From: Candidatus Electronema halotolerans
Lineage (GTDB): Bacteria > Desulfobacterota > Desulfobulbia > Desulfobulbales > Desulfobulbaceae
DNA length: 32,000 nucleotides
Assembly (NCBI GenBank): GCA_942493095.1
Contig: OW818675.1
Coordinates: forward strand, 3,150,001-3,182,000
Direction: 5' to 3'
Shown here: positions 15,328 through 25,000 of the stretch, piece after piece
How positions within the stretch are numbered: the first letter of the stretch is position 1
Layout: every line of letters starts with the position of its first letter
Notes under the pieces: model-generated
The model's database searches: none
What the model saw: only the letters and a program-made list of their open reading frames with translations
Told to the model about the DNA's origin: nothing
Translations under genes and position numbers: made by a program

Positions 15328-15894
15328 CTACCATCTGCGCACCCGGCCTGTGTCAACATGAACAAAATCTGATTTGGCGTAATAGCCCACCCCGCCTGCT
15401 TCCAAGGCAATGGCGCAGTCCCGCACGGTGCGGGTTTTCTTGCCGGTGAGGCGGATGTCCAAAGCTTTGCCCTGCATGTGCAGGCTGCGTTTGGCCACGC
15501 CGCCGCTGCGATGCCGCAATTTTTCATTGGTTTTTGGCGAACGGTAGCCGGATATGATCTCATACGTGCTGTCACAACTGATGTCCTGCTGGACTTTCCA
15601 AAGAATATCTAAAACTTCCGGGTCAATGGGATGCACCTCGCCGGTGCGGAAATCACGAAGGTAGCGGTTGATTTGATGGAGTGCTTTGGGGTCGTACTTG
15701 CCCTTGCGGCAATAGGTGATCTCAAGGCATTCGCGGGTGTGGGTGTGATAAAAGGCTAAATTTCTGTCGCCCCCCTTGCCTTTGCTGGAACAGGGACGGG
15801 AGGAGGGAATGGAGGCCCAAGCTGGAACTGCCTGCGCAACAAGAATTCCGGCGGCTGCTTTCACACCCAAGGCAAGAAAAGATCTTCTGTCCAT
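15328..15894 (-). CDS. Tat-exported DUF882 / YcbK(MepK)-family M15A peptidase
   Basis: Twin-arginine signal MDRRSFLALG...AWA. Motifs SGYRSPKTNEKL, HMQGKALDI, GGVGYY and VHVDTGRVRRW. Confidence 0.85.
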   Translation of the reverse strand: MDRRSFLALGVKAAAGILVAQAVPAWASIPSSRPCSSKGKGGDRNLAFYHTHTRECLEITYCRKGKYDPKALHQINRYLRDFRTGEVHPIDPEVLDILWKVQQDISCDSTYEIISGYRSPKTNEKLRHRSGGVAKRSLHMQGKALDIRLTGKKTRTVRDCAIALEAGGVGYYAKSDFVHVDTGRVRRW

Positions 15895-16094
15895 AATATC
15901 AACCTTTTATCTGAGAAGTTACGTATGAAAAAACATCGTCTCAGCAGGAAAGTCCTGTCTGTTTGATGAGATAGGCCGAAGCTGAAGCGATGTTGAAAAA
16001 ATAATCCCTGTAAAATTATTTAAACAGAAGACCCTGTCTCCTGTCAATGTCTTCAAGACGCAAATTAAAACTTCGGGTCGTGTGCCACCTCGTG

Positions 16095-17222
16095 CTACAT
16101 GACGGACCACGGCTTGGGCAGAAAAATTTGACTGTACAAATCCAAGGCATAGCGGTCTGTCATGCCTGCGATGAAGTCGCAGACCGTGCGATGGAGCTGT
16201 TTTTCCTCCTCAGCACTGGCAGGGGCCTGCCGCTTCGGGCAGACTGGCTCGGAGCTGTCAGGAAACTCATGCTCCAAAAAAAACAGGTACAAATCGTTGA
16301 TCACATTCTGGGCTTTTTCAAATTCTCTGTGGACCAGGCGGTTGCGATAGACGTTGTCATAGAGGAAACTGCGCATCCCGCAAATCACTTCCTGCATCAT
16401 CGGACTGAGGTGAAGGCGGCCCTCATCAGCCCGCAGGCTCTCGTTGATCAGATCGCGCATCATGGCGGCAATGCGCAGGTCAGGCCGGTCGCCGACCACC
16501 CGGCGGAGATGGTCAGGCAGGTCATGCTCCCGGATCATCTCCGCCCGCAGCGCGTCATCCATGTCATGGTTGAGATAGGCAATAATATCAGCAACCCGCA
16601 CTGCCTGTCCCTCAAGCGTGGCTGGCAGCTGCCTGGGGTCATCGGGCAGGATGTCGCTGTAGCCTTTGGAATGCTTGACAATGCCATTCCGCACCTCCCA
16701 AGTCAGATTTAGTTGCTCTAAAACATCCACCACGCGCAGACTTTGCACATAGTGCCGGAAACCGCCCGGATGGAGCCGGTTGAGGCTGTATTCTCCGGCA
16801 TGGCCAAAAGGCGTGTGGCCAAGGTCATGGCCAAGGGCAATGGCTTCAGTCAGATATTCGTTCAGGTGCAGGCAGACGGCAATGGTGCGGGCAATCTGAG
16901 AAACTTCAAGGACATGGGTGAGGCGGGTTCGGTAGTGGTCGCCGGTCGGGGCAAGAAAGACCTGGGTTTTGTGCTTGAGGCGGCGGAAGGTCTTGCAGTG
17001 GATGATCCGGTCCCGGTCGCGCTGAAACACTGTGCGCAGATCACAGGGCGGCTCATGGCGCAGCCGTCCCCGCGACCTGCTGCTGAAGCAGGCATGAGGG
17101 GAAAGAACGAGCAGTTCCTGTTCTTCAAGCTGGTGACGGATGCTCACGGCGAAACGGCGAATTGTACATGACAGAGAGAAATTCTGCTGGACAGATGTAA
17201 CAGCCTGGGAACGGAAAGTCAA
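16095..17222 (-). CDS. dgt: dGTP triphosphohydrolase-like HD-domain protein
   Basis: Motifs FQRDRDRIIH, RTRLTHVLEVSQIAR, LGHDLGHTPFGHAGE and AGMTDRYA. The start is uncertain: ATG at 17222 or in-frame GTG at 17147, neither with a clear SD. Confidence 0.9.
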   Translation of the reverse strand: MTFRSQAVTSVQQNFSLSCTIRRFAVSIRHQLEEQELLVLSPHACFSSRSRGRLRHEPPCDLRTVFQRDRDRIIHCKTFRRLKHKTQVFLAPTGDHYRTRLTHVLEVSQIARTIAVCLHLNEYLTEAIALGHDLGHTPFGHAGEYSLNRLHPGGFRHYVQSLRVVDVLEQLNLTWEVRNGIVKHSKGYSDILPDDPRQLPATLEGQAVRVADIIAYLNHDMDDALRAEMIREHDLPDHLRRVVGDRPDLRIAAMMRDLINESLRADEGRLHLSPMMQEVICGMRSFLYDNVYRNRLVHREFEKAQNVINDLYLFFLEHEFPDSSEPVCPKRQAPASAEEEKQLHRTVCDFIAGMTDRYALDLYSQIFLPKPWSVM

Positions 17223-17349
17223 ATAATTTTGGCAAATATGCTGGCCCCGGAGCTGTTGGCCCGCACCGCAGAAGCATGTTGTTTTTTCGTCATTCTTATG
17301 GTATGAAATTGTGAAAGAAATTTCTCACTAAACACACAGGAAGAAAAAA

Positions 17350-18165
17350 ATGAACAAAAGCATGAAAAAACAAGGCCACTGCTGGCCCGCCGCAGCCATC
17401 CTGCTGCTTCTGCTTGCCGCCTTGGCCTTGCCAAGTTCTGCGGCGGCTGCAACTGGAAAAATTTCCGGGACGGTGAAGGACAGCAGCGGCAATCTTCTTC
17501 AAGATGTGGAAGTGTATGTATATGATGCGGAGGACACATCTGGGTTTCCGCCAGCACCTGAATTTACAGATGAAAATGGCTGGTACGAGGTAAGTTCTTT
17601 GCCGTTTGGAGAACACAGATACAAGGTGCAATTTATAGGAAACGGCTATATCGAACAGTGGTACAAGGATGCGCCAATGTCAGACTGTGCTGAACCAGTG
17701 ACAATAACGGCAGAAAATACTGTTCAGGATGAGATAGATGCAGTACTGAAGGAAGGGACGAGCAGTGCGGCAAGAAGAAGCCTTGCTCAAGCTCAAGCTG
17801 CACCGGCAGCAGCCGAAACCAGCAGCGTCATCTCTGGCAGTGTCAGCTTGAATGGAGAACCCTTGAAATGCGCCCAAGTTGAAGCATATAATGCCTCTGA
17901 TGATTCTTATGTGAATACAGATTTGATTTTAACTGATTATCAAGGAAACTACACAATCAACGAGCTTCCCTCCGGTTCGTATAAAATTCTCTTTTACGAC
18001 CAAAATGGCGATGCTGGCCAATGGTACAACCGCAAGGCTGAGGCTGTCTGCGCCGATGCAGTTTCAGAAACAGCATCTGGCATTGATGCCGCCTTCCCGG
18101 TTTCGCTTCGGCAGTGCGGCGACAGACCGACGATTCTGCCTGCAATCAAGCTGCTGCTGAACTGA
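17350..18165 (+). CDS. secreted protein with two carboxypeptidase-regulatory-like (prealbumin-fold) repeats
   Basis: Signal peptide ...LLLLLAALALPSSAAAA. Two similar modules (ISGTVKDSSGNLLQDVEV.VYD...TDENGWYEVSSLPFGEHRYKV and ISGSVSLNGEPL..AQVEAYN...TDYQGNYTINELPSGSYKILF), each followed by QWY. An Ala/Gln-rich linker joins them. Confidence 0.65.
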   Translation: MNKSMKKQGHCWPAAAILLLLLAALALPSSAAAATGKISGTVKDSSGNLLQDVEVYVYDAEDTSGFPPAPEFTDENGWYEVSSLPFGEHRYKVQFIGNGYIEQWYKDAPMSDCAEPVTITAENTVQDEIDAVLKEGTSSAARRSLAQAQAAPAAAETSSVISGSVSLNGEPLKCAQVEAYNASDDSYVNTDLILTDYQGNYTINELPSGSYKILFYDQNGDAGQWYNRKAEAVCADAVSETASGIDAAFPVSLRQCGDRPTILPAIKLLLN

Positions 18166-18232
18166 AGGTCTCGCTTCCTGAGCGAAGCCGAAGAGGTGTC
18201 GGCTCCGCTCAACCACCTGACTCAGTGTCAGC

Positions 18233-18931
18233 TCACTCCTCGTAAATGGCCAGATTGGTGTTGAATTCCAGCCGCTCCAGCTCCCCGTCCTGGGTCACAG
18301 CTCTGGCGATTATTTCCCCAAAGCGGCGGGCCTCATTGAGTTGCTGGCGGGTGTGGCCATATTTCGGATAATGCTCTTTCATCCACGACATCCGCTCTGG
18401 CGTTTCTCCGGCCAGCTTGAGAAATACACCGATAGTCCGCCACGGCTCCTTGCTGGTGTGGGTGAAAATGATGCCGTTTGGCACCCGTGCGCCCAGATTT
18501 TTCAGCAGTGACTTGATGCCCCACCAGTGCAGGCGCCAGAAGCCCCGGCAGGAGATGACCGGAATCACGTTCTGCTGGGCGAAAAGCCGCTGGCCGTCCC
18601 GATCCAGCAGGGAAAGCACCGGGCCGCTGGGATTGTAGGACCACGTCGGCCCGGCGAGAATGATCAGATCATACGGCTCAAAGCAGTGTTCCGGCAGCGG
18701 CTCAATTGGGATGCGCTGCCGGAACAGGGTGACGATCATCTTTTTGAACGTCTTGGGAATGGTGCCAATGGGAAAATGCTGGGGAATGGCCGGAACCAAG
18801 TACTCGCAGACCACCTCAGCCTCATACTCGGCCATGCCGTCCAGCAGGGCGTGGACAAGATTTTTGGTCTGGGAGCTGAAGGAATAATAGAGAACAAGAA
18901 TACGCTTCTGCTGCGCCGTGCTGCCGCTCAT
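18233..18931 (-). CDS. flavodoxin-like fold protein (232 aa), function unknown
   Basis: N-terminal KRILVLYYSFSSQTKNL and later YDLIILAGPTW resemble flavodoxin-like beta-alpha starts. The assignment is from memory only. Confidence 0.5.
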   Translation of the reverse strand: MSGSTAQQKRILVLYYSFSSQTKNLVHALLDGMAEYEAEVVCEYLVPAIPQHFPIGTIPKTFKKMIVTLFRQRIPIEPLPEHCFEPYDLIILAGPTWSYNPSGPVLSLLDRDGQRLFAQQNVIPVISCRGFWRLHWWGIKSLLKNLGARVPNGIIFTHTSKEPWRTIGVFLKLAGETPERMSWMKEHYPKYGHTRQQLNEARRFGEIIARAVTQDGELERLEFNTNLAIYEE

Positions 18932-19012
18932 GGGATACCTTTGCTTGATTAAAGCAGATGAAATTGATCATTTTTATTGATAAGCAAAGGAAAGATATTT
19001 TACCACAGAATT

Positions 19013-19052
19013 GGAAAGAAAAAAAGCCTCCTGATCAAAATGATCAGGAGGC
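19013..19052 (-). terminator. strong rho-independent terminator after dsrJ
   Basis: Perfect 12-bp stem GCCTCCTGATCA/TGATCAGGAGGC (19026-19052) with a 3-nt loop. On the minus strand it is followed by TTTTTTTCTTTCC. Confidence 0.88.
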
Positions 19053-19088
19053 CGGGAAGATCATCGCTTCCTGCGGAAGACCGTCCCG

Positions 19089-19502
19089 CTACTTCTTGTG
19101 GTGACAAGTCCAGCAGTCCGGGATCGTCACTGCTGCATGAGCATGACAGCTATCGCAGAACTGCTCCTTAGTGCCGTGGCAAGTCAGACAGCTCATAGTC
19201 GGCTTCTGTCCGGCCTTGGCAGGATCGTAACCTTGGGCGGTAACATGAATATCCTTGATCATATCCATGTGTTTCGCACGCATTTCTTCAGTAGTAAGGG
19301 CATGTTGTGCTCCATTTGGAAAACTTTTCATACCCATGCTTTGAAGCATATTATCAAAAGCCTTGTGGCTTTCGGCTATCTTATTGTTTGTAGCTGGCGG
19401 CACTGCACCAGCATCGCCAATAAGATTGTTGTACCAAAAGGGAAACGTGATCAGCAGAACGAAGATCAACAGTCCCGGTATGATTTTGCCGCTGTCGTAC
19501 AT
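19089..19502 (-). CDS. dsrJ: DsrJ, membrane-anchored periplasmic triheme cytochrome c
   Basis: N-terminal anchor MYDSGKIIPGLLIFVLLITFPFWYN. Three CxxCH motifs: CLTCH, CDSCH, CWTCH. GGAGG SD. The gene is positioned after dsrK. Confidence 0.85.
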   Translation of the reverse strand: MYDSGKIIPGLLIFVLLITFPFWYNNLIGDAGAVPPATNNKIAESHKAFDNMLQSMGMKSFPNGAQHALTTEEMRAKHMDMIKDIHVTAQGYDPAKAGQKPTMSCLTCHGTKEQFCDSCHAHAAVTIPDCWTCHHKK

Positions 19503-19520
19503 ATTATCCTCCGTTCTTGC

Positions 19521-21152
19521 TTAGACCAGCGTCCGCAGACCCTCGGTCAGTTCCTGTCTGTTTTCGCCTTCAATAACCAGCGCATTGCCAACCAGCTCGC
19601 TCACGCCTGCCACCTGCACTTGCGGGACCCAGTATTCCATCAGAGTGGTCAGGGTGGCCCGGTCAATGGCGCAGACGCAGGCCAAGGTGTTGATGGCATG
19701 CTGGTCATAGACATGCTTGACCGCATTGGCGCGGGGCAGGCCGGAGCGCATCCGCAGCTCCATGATCTCCTCGGTGTTCAGGGCCGTGCCGGAACCGCAG
19801 CAGAAGGTTTTCTCGCGGATGGTGTTTTCCGGCATCTCGTGCCATTCGTCGAGCACGTTGTCCAAGATGTAGCGCGGCTCCTCCAGCAGGCCCATCGCTC
19901 TGGCCGGGTTGCAGGAGTCATGGAAGGTGGCCTTGACATGCGCATTGCGGCTCTTGTCCAGCTTGATCTTGCCGTGCTTGATCAGGTCGGCAGTGAACTC
20001 GCTGATATGGACCATCTTGGTTGAGGCGGCATTGTCAAAGACGGTGCCGGTCAGCGGCGACTTGGGCACTTCAAGGAAGTCTGCCGGGCCGTTCATGGTG
20101 TCCATATACTGATGAATGACGCGCCACATGTGGCCGCACTCGCCGCCAAGAATCCACTTCACGCCCAGCCGCTTGGCCTCAGCATACATCTTGGCGTTCA
20201 GCTTCTTCATCATCTCGTTGGAGGTGAAGAGGCCAAAGTTGCCGCCCTCAGAGGCGTAGGTTGACCATGTGTAATCCAAGCCGATGGCTTCAAAAAGCAG
20301 GAGATAGCCCATGCAGGTGAAAATGCCCGGCTCGGCAAACACATCTGCGGACGGGGTGATGAACAGCACTTCCGCGCCCTTGCGGTTGAAGCTGGGATTG
20401 ACCTTGACTCCGGTCAGATTCTCGATGTCCTCGCAGAGAAATTCAACATTGCCCTTGAAGGCCTGCGGGGTCAGTCCCATGTGGTTGCCAGTCCGGTTCG
20501 AGTTGGCAACCGGCTCCATAGCCCAGTTGATGCCGCAGCCGACCAAATGGAGCAGCTCGCGCAGCATCATGGTGATCTCGGCAGTGTCAATGCCGTAAGG
20601 GCAGAAAACTGAGCAACGGCGGCACTCTGTGCATTGATAGGCGTACATGAACCACTCTTTCAGCACGCCAACGGTCATCTCGCGCCCGCCCGCCATTTTG
20701 CCGAGCAGCTTGCCTGCCAAGGTGAATTCTTGGCGATAGACCGAGCGCAGCAGCTCGGCCCGCAGCACCGGCATGTTCTTGGGGTCGCCCGTGCCAAGAA
20801 AGAAATGGCATTTGTCCGCGCAGGCGCCGCAGCGGACGCAGCAGTCCATGAAAATCTTCAGAGAACGGAAGCGGTCAAGGCGGTCTGCCAGCCCCTTGAT
20901 GATAATCTCCTTCCAGTTCTCCGGCAGCTTCCAGTCTTCATCTTCTGGATTCCAAGCGCGGGCGTTGGGAAAGCTCACACCCTGCTGGCTGTTGAGATAT
21001 TCCAGTTTTTCCGGCTTGGTTGGATAGGCATAGTTGCCCGGCTTGAACACTGCCGGGATGTCCATCCACTCTTTTTCCGGCATTGAGCCGGTCATCAGCG
21101 TCGGCTCTTCGACCACGCTCTTTGCCAGCTCATCCTTTTTTATGACGGCCAT
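19521..21152 (-). CDS. dsrK: DsrK, HdrD-like catalytic FeS subunit with CCG domain
   Basis: Cluster motifs CVRCGACADKCH and CTECRRCSVFCP. C-terminal CCG-type motifs FHDSCNPARA and FCCGSG. 543 aa. Confidence 0.92.
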   Translation of the reverse strand: MAVIKKDELAKSVVEEPTLMTGSMPEKEWMDIPAVFKPGNYAYPTKPEKLEYLNSQQGVSFPNARAWNPEDEDWKLPENWKEIIIKGLADRLDRFRSLKIFMDCCVRCGACADKCHFFLGTGDPKNMPVLRAELLRSVYRQEFTLAGKLLGKMAGGREMTVGVLKEWFMYAYQCTECRRCSVFCPYGIDTAEITMMLRELLHLVGCGINWAMEPVANSNRTGNHMGLTPQAFKGNVEFLCEDIENLTGVKVNPSFNRKGAEVLFITPSADVFAEPGIFTCMGYLLLFEAIGLDYTWSTYASEGGNFGLFTSNEMMKKLNAKMYAEAKRLGVKWILGGECGHMWRVIHQYMDTMNGPADFLEVPKSPLTGTVFDNAASTKMVHISEFTADLIKHGKIKLDKSRNAHVKATFHDSCNPARAMGLLEEPRYILDNVLDEWHEMPENTIREKTFCCGSGTALNTEEIMELRMRSGLPRANAVKHVYDQHAINTLACVCAIDRATLTTLMEYWVPQVQVAGVSELVGNALVIEGENRQELTEGLRTLV

Positions 21153-21175
21153 TGTGATTATTCCTTATGCACCTG

Positions 21176-22201
21176 TTATTCGTCAGCCTTTTCAGGCAGT
21201 TCCTTTTCCACCGGGATGCCCTGCTCAACCATGTCCGCCCGGAATTCGTCCTCGTAACCAGCATAAGAATGGGGCTTGATGTCCGGGTTCCACGGATTGA
21301 TGTGCCGCCGCATCCTGCTGTCATTGGCCAAGTTGCGGGTCGGACTGAGAAAAACCCCGCCCATGTGCATCAACTTGGAAAAGGGGAAGTAGGCCAGCAG
21401 GCAGGAAACTAAGAAGAGATGTATGTAGAATATCGAGGCAATCTCAGCAGGGACAACCGGCTTGAAGGTGGTCAGGCCGACCGCCAAGTTCTTAATGGCA
21501 ATGATATCAACACCGCTACGCAGGAAGTAGCGCATCAGGATGCCGGTAAGGGCAATGCCGATCAGGAGGAAAAGCGGGAAATAGTCGTTGGCCAAGGAGA
21601 TGTAATTCACCGGTTTGATCAGGAAACGGCGGAGCAGCAGAGCCAGCAGGCCGATGAGGATCAGCGCGTCCGTGACATAAATGGACAGCTCCGGGGTCAG
21701 ATGGAGGGAAAATCCGTCCAAGGCATCCAGCCCGCTGATCAGGAAGGGCACCGGCTCCACAAAGAGGCGCAGATGACGGAGCAGGATGATCAACATGCTG
21801 TAATGGAAGAGAATGCCGAAAAGCCAGAGCCATCTGGTCGCCTTGTAGCTCAGAACCGGGCCAGGCTTGATGCTGGCCTTGGTGTTGCGCCAGAGGGAGC
21901 GGAAGAGGAAAATCTCCATGAACATCCGGCCCAGCACTTCACCGGTGCTCAACGGCGCTTCCAGCTTGTCCCGCTTCACCCACGGCATGGAATAGCCCTG
22001 CCCGCAGGTGGTCGGGATTCTGAACGGCACTGGCGATCTGGCCCAATAGAGGACCCGCCAGCAGAAGCCGCCGATAAAGAGAAGCAGGGCCGCGTAGGGC
22101 ACCACAACACCGAACAGGTATTGCAGGCCGGGGATCACGGACCCTATCCATGCAATCACCGCCAAGACGATGACCGCAGCCAAGGGGAAGATGTACTTCA
22201 T
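21176..22201 (-). CDS. dsrM: DsrM, NarI-like membrane dihaem cytochrome b
   Basis: Multi-TM protein carrying WARSPVPFRIPTTCGQ, which is typical of DsrM/HdrE/NarI-type subunits. AGGGAG SD. It lies immediately upstream of dsrK. Confidence 0.9.
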   Translation of the reverse strand: MKYIFPLAAVIVLAVIAWIGSVIPGLQYLFGVVVPYAALLLFIGGFCWRVLYWARSPVPFRIPTTCGQGYSMPWVKRDKLEAPLSTGEVLGRMFMEIFLFRSLWRNTKASIKPGPVLSYKATRWLWLFGILFHYSMLIILLRHLRLFVEPVPFLISGLDALDGFSLHLTPELSIYVTDALILIGLLALLLRRFLIKPVNYISLANDYFPLFLLIGIALTGILMRYFLRSGVDIIAIKNLAVGLTTFKPVVPAEIASIFYIHLFLVSCLLAYFPFSKLMHMGGVFLSPTRNLANDSRMRRHINPWNPDIKPHSYAGYEDEFRADMVEQGIPVEKELPEKADE

Positions 22202-22251
22202 TGATCGCTCCCTTTTTTCAGATTGAAAAGGATAGAATATCTAAAGCATAT

Positions 22252-22815
22252 CTATGCTTTGTCCACTGGGCAATGCCTGTCTGGCGCGACCGTTTCCCGC
22301 AGGTTGTCCCGAATCAGGGCCGAGGCGCAGGATGCGTCTGTCAAAATATAGCTGCCGCTTTTCAGCTCCCGGATTCTCGCCTTATGGAGCCGATCCCGGC
22401 AATCCATGTAGATGTCAAAGGCTTGCAAAATCATCTTATCGACCGCGCAGGCAAAAGGCAGCAGCTCGGCCTCGGCAAGCAGTTCCCGGCAGTCTTCATC
22501 AGCGGAGAACACCTGCCGCACTGCTGTTTTCAGCTCCAGCAGCGGCCCGACCGCCTGCGACGGCGTGAACTCCTGCACCGCCCGGATGCGGATGATTTGG
22601 TCGAGCGGTGCAGCAAAGGCCTGCGCATCGGCTCCGGCCACAAGCAGCTGGAACAGCTTGGTCAGCCCTTCCCGAATATTGCCGCCAACCGGATTGGCGA
22701 ACCGGTCGAGCGACTTTTTGAAAAAGTCAGAGGAAATGTAGGTGTCCAGCACCCGCTCTGTCCATAAGGCGAGGATTTTCGCCTCGTTATGCCGCAATGC
22801 CTCTGTTGTGTTCAT
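22252..22815 (-). CDS. RsbRD N-terminal-like domain protein (probable DsrT-like protein)
   Basis: ILALWTERVLDTY....FFKKSLDRFANPVGGNI matches my memory of the RsbRD_N family that precedes dsrMK in Desulfobacterota and green sulfur bacteria. Equating it with DsrT is an inference. Confidence 0.55.
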   Translation of the reverse strand: MNTTEALRHNEAKILALWTERVLDTYISSDFFKKSLDRFANPVGGNIREGLTKLFQLLVAGADAQAFAAPLDQIIRIRAVQEFTPSQAVGPLLELKTAVRQVFSADEDCRELLAEAELLPFACAVDKMILQAFDIYMDCRDRLHKARIRELKSGSYILTDASCASALIRDNLRETVAPDRHCPVDKA

Positions 22816-22867
22816 TATAGTGAAGTCCTTGCTCTATCATGATTGACCGCTGATTGCAAGCAAAATG

Positions 22868-25000
22868 TCATTTTTTGCTCCGAGCGGCTGCCTGCGCCAC
22901 AGCAGCGGAACTGTCCATAAGATGGAGGGATAAATCGGCATACGGATCATCAGCCAGCTCCTCGTCCAGACTTTTTTTCTCAATGCCTGGCTCATCATCC
23001 GCCTCCTCATCAACACCGCCGATTTTCTCAGCCTCTTTCAGCTCCTTCCGCTCCTGCAGCACCCCAGCCAAATACACCGGCACCATGCTGTCCTCTTTGC
23101 GCGCTTTGGCCCGCAGGCTTTCTGTCTGTATTTTTTGGAATTTTTTGCTGGCCGCCAAGTAGCTGGCACTTTTCAGCCGGGCTTCGTTCGAATCGAGCCT
23201 GGCTCCGTGCCAAGGCTTGTATTTGACCGGGGCCACCTGGTCCCAAGGCAGGGAGTTGTCCAAATACTGCTCGCCAGTCTCCAAATAATCCAGAATACTT
23301 GGCAGCACCACATCCGGGATGATGCCCTTGTACTGGGTGGAGCTGCCCGTGATTCGGTAAAATTTCTGAATCGTGATCTTGAGCGCGCCGAGATCGTCGT
23401 ATTTCCTTCTGAAGAGCAGAGGCAGGTTGCGGTTCAGATCAACCAGCGTCTGCACCGTGCCCTTGCCGTGCGTGTGCGCTCCGCCGACAATCAGCGCTCT
23501 GCCATAGTCTTGCAGGGCGCCGGCCAGAATTTCTGAAGCTGAGGCGGCAAACTGATTGACCAGCACCAGCATCGGGCCGTCATAGACAAGCCCGTTGTCC
23601 TCATCCTCCAGCACCAGCATCTGGCCTTCCGAATTTTTGATCTGCACCACTGGTCCGCCAGGCAGGAACAGGCCGGAGACCTCGACCGCATCAGCCAAGG
23701 AGCCGCCGCCATTGTTGCGCAGGTCAAGGATCAGTCCGGCAATGCCCTTCTTTTTCAACTTGCGCAGCTCGCTGCGGGTGTCATCCGTGACATTGCGGGA
23801 CGCATCACCGTGCTGTCCTCCTGAAAAATCCCGATAAAAGGTCGGAATCTTCAGATAGCCTATTTTGTGTCCCTTGTCGTCCTTCAATACTGTTGATTTG
23901 ACGAAGGTTTCCTCCAGCTTGACCACATCCCGGATGATGGGGATCACCAAGCGGCTGCCGTCAGACTGAACAACCGTCAGGCGCACCTCAGTGCCTTTGG
24001 GGCCGCGAATATAGGCAACCGCCTCCCTGATGCTCATTGAGGAAATATCGACTGGCTCGCCGTCCTTTTCCGCCACTGCCAAGATAATATCCTCAGCTTG
24101 GAGCTGGCCCTGCGCCGCTGCCGGACTGCCGGGAATAATGTTCACCACTTTGATATGGCCGTCATCCTCCCGCAGCAAGGCGCCAATGCCTTCGAGCGAG
24201 CCGCTCATGTGGATGTCAAAATCCTCTTTGGACTCAGGGGCCATGTAGTCGGTATGCGGATCAAAGGACTTGGCAATGGCCTCGAAATAGCGGTTGCAAT
24301 GCTCCTGGCGGCTGATTTTCCGCAGTCTGCTCAGATACTGATCATTTTTTTTCCGCACCTTTTCCAGGGCTGCTTTCCACAGCTTCTGATCAACTGTGAT
24401 GCGTTCTTCAGCAGGCGGAGTCAGCTTTTTTTCCGACTTTTTGGCAGCATCTTTTTTCTGTTCGTTGTCACGCTCCTCAAGATAGGTTTCAATGGTCTCC
24501 AGCTTGAGGGAAAGCCGCCAGCGTTCACGCAGCTCTTCCTTGCTGGCCGCCCAAGTGATTTTATCAGGATCACTCTGGAGCGACTCCTCCCGATTGGGAT
24601 CAAAACCAGCCGCCAGTATCTCCTTGATCATTTTGCCGACCTCCTTGGCCCGCCGGTTGAGCAGGCCCCGGCCCGCATCAGGCAGGAGAAGATGGCCCTC
24701 TTTAACTTCATCGTCGATTTTGTCGCCAAATTCATTGAGCTGCTGCACATCGGAAGCAAGCAGGAACTGTTTGCGCGGATCAAGCTGTTTGAGGTACAGA
24801 TCATAGGCCGCCCGTGACATCCGGTCATTGCAGGTCTTATGAGAGAAATGCTGGGCAGGCAGCTGATGGCAGAGCATGGAGGCGATCAGACGGTTCCGGT
24901 CCGCATCAAATTCTGGAGGCGGGGCCGTTTTGCTGTGCGCGAACGAGCTGATGAGCAGGGAAAGCAGAAATCCGCTGATAAGGAAACGATGCAGCCGCAT
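22868..25000 (-). CDS. prc: S41 carboxy-terminal processing (tail-specific, Prc-type) protease
   Basis: Signal peptide MRLHRFLISGFLLSLLISSFA. PDZ segment GIGALLREDDGHIKVVNIIPGSPAA. Catalytic region LDLRNNGGGSL ... ASASEILAGALQD ... THGKGTVQ. The start is trimmed to 25000. Confidence 0.9.
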   Translation of the reverse strand: MRLHRFLISGFLLSLLISSFAHSKTAPPPEFDADRNRLIASMLCHQLPAQHFSHKTCNDRMSRAAYDLYLKQLDPRKQFLLASDVQQLNEFGDKIDDEVKEGHLLLPDAGRGLLNRRAKEVGKMIKEILAAGFDPNREESLQSDPDKITWAASKEELRERWRLSLKLETIETYLEERDNEQKKDAAKKSEKKLTPPAEERITVDQKLWKAALEKVRKKNDQYLSRLRKISRQEHCNRYFEAIAKSFDPHTDYMAPESKEDFDIHMSGSLEGIGALLREDDGHIKVVNIIPGSPAAAQGQLQAEDIILAVAEKDGEPVDISSMSIREAVAYIRGPKGTEVRLTVVQSDGSRLVIPIIRDVVKLEETFVKSTVLKDDKGHKIGYLKIPTFYRDFSGGQHGDASRNVTDDTRSELRKLKKKGIAGLILDLRNNGGGSLADAVEVSGLFLPGGPVVQIKNSEGQMLVLEDEDNGLVYDGPMLVLVNQFAASASEILAGALQDYGRALIVGGAHTHGKGTVQTLVDLNRNLPLLFRRKYDDLGALKITIQKFYRITGSSTQYKGIIPDVVLPSILDYLETGEQYLDNSLPWDQVAPVKYKPWHGARLDSNEARLKSASYLAASKKFQKIQTESLRAKARKEDSMVPVYLAGVLQERKELKEAEKIGGVDEEADDEPGIEKKSLDEELADDPYADLSLHLMDSSAAVAQAAARSKK

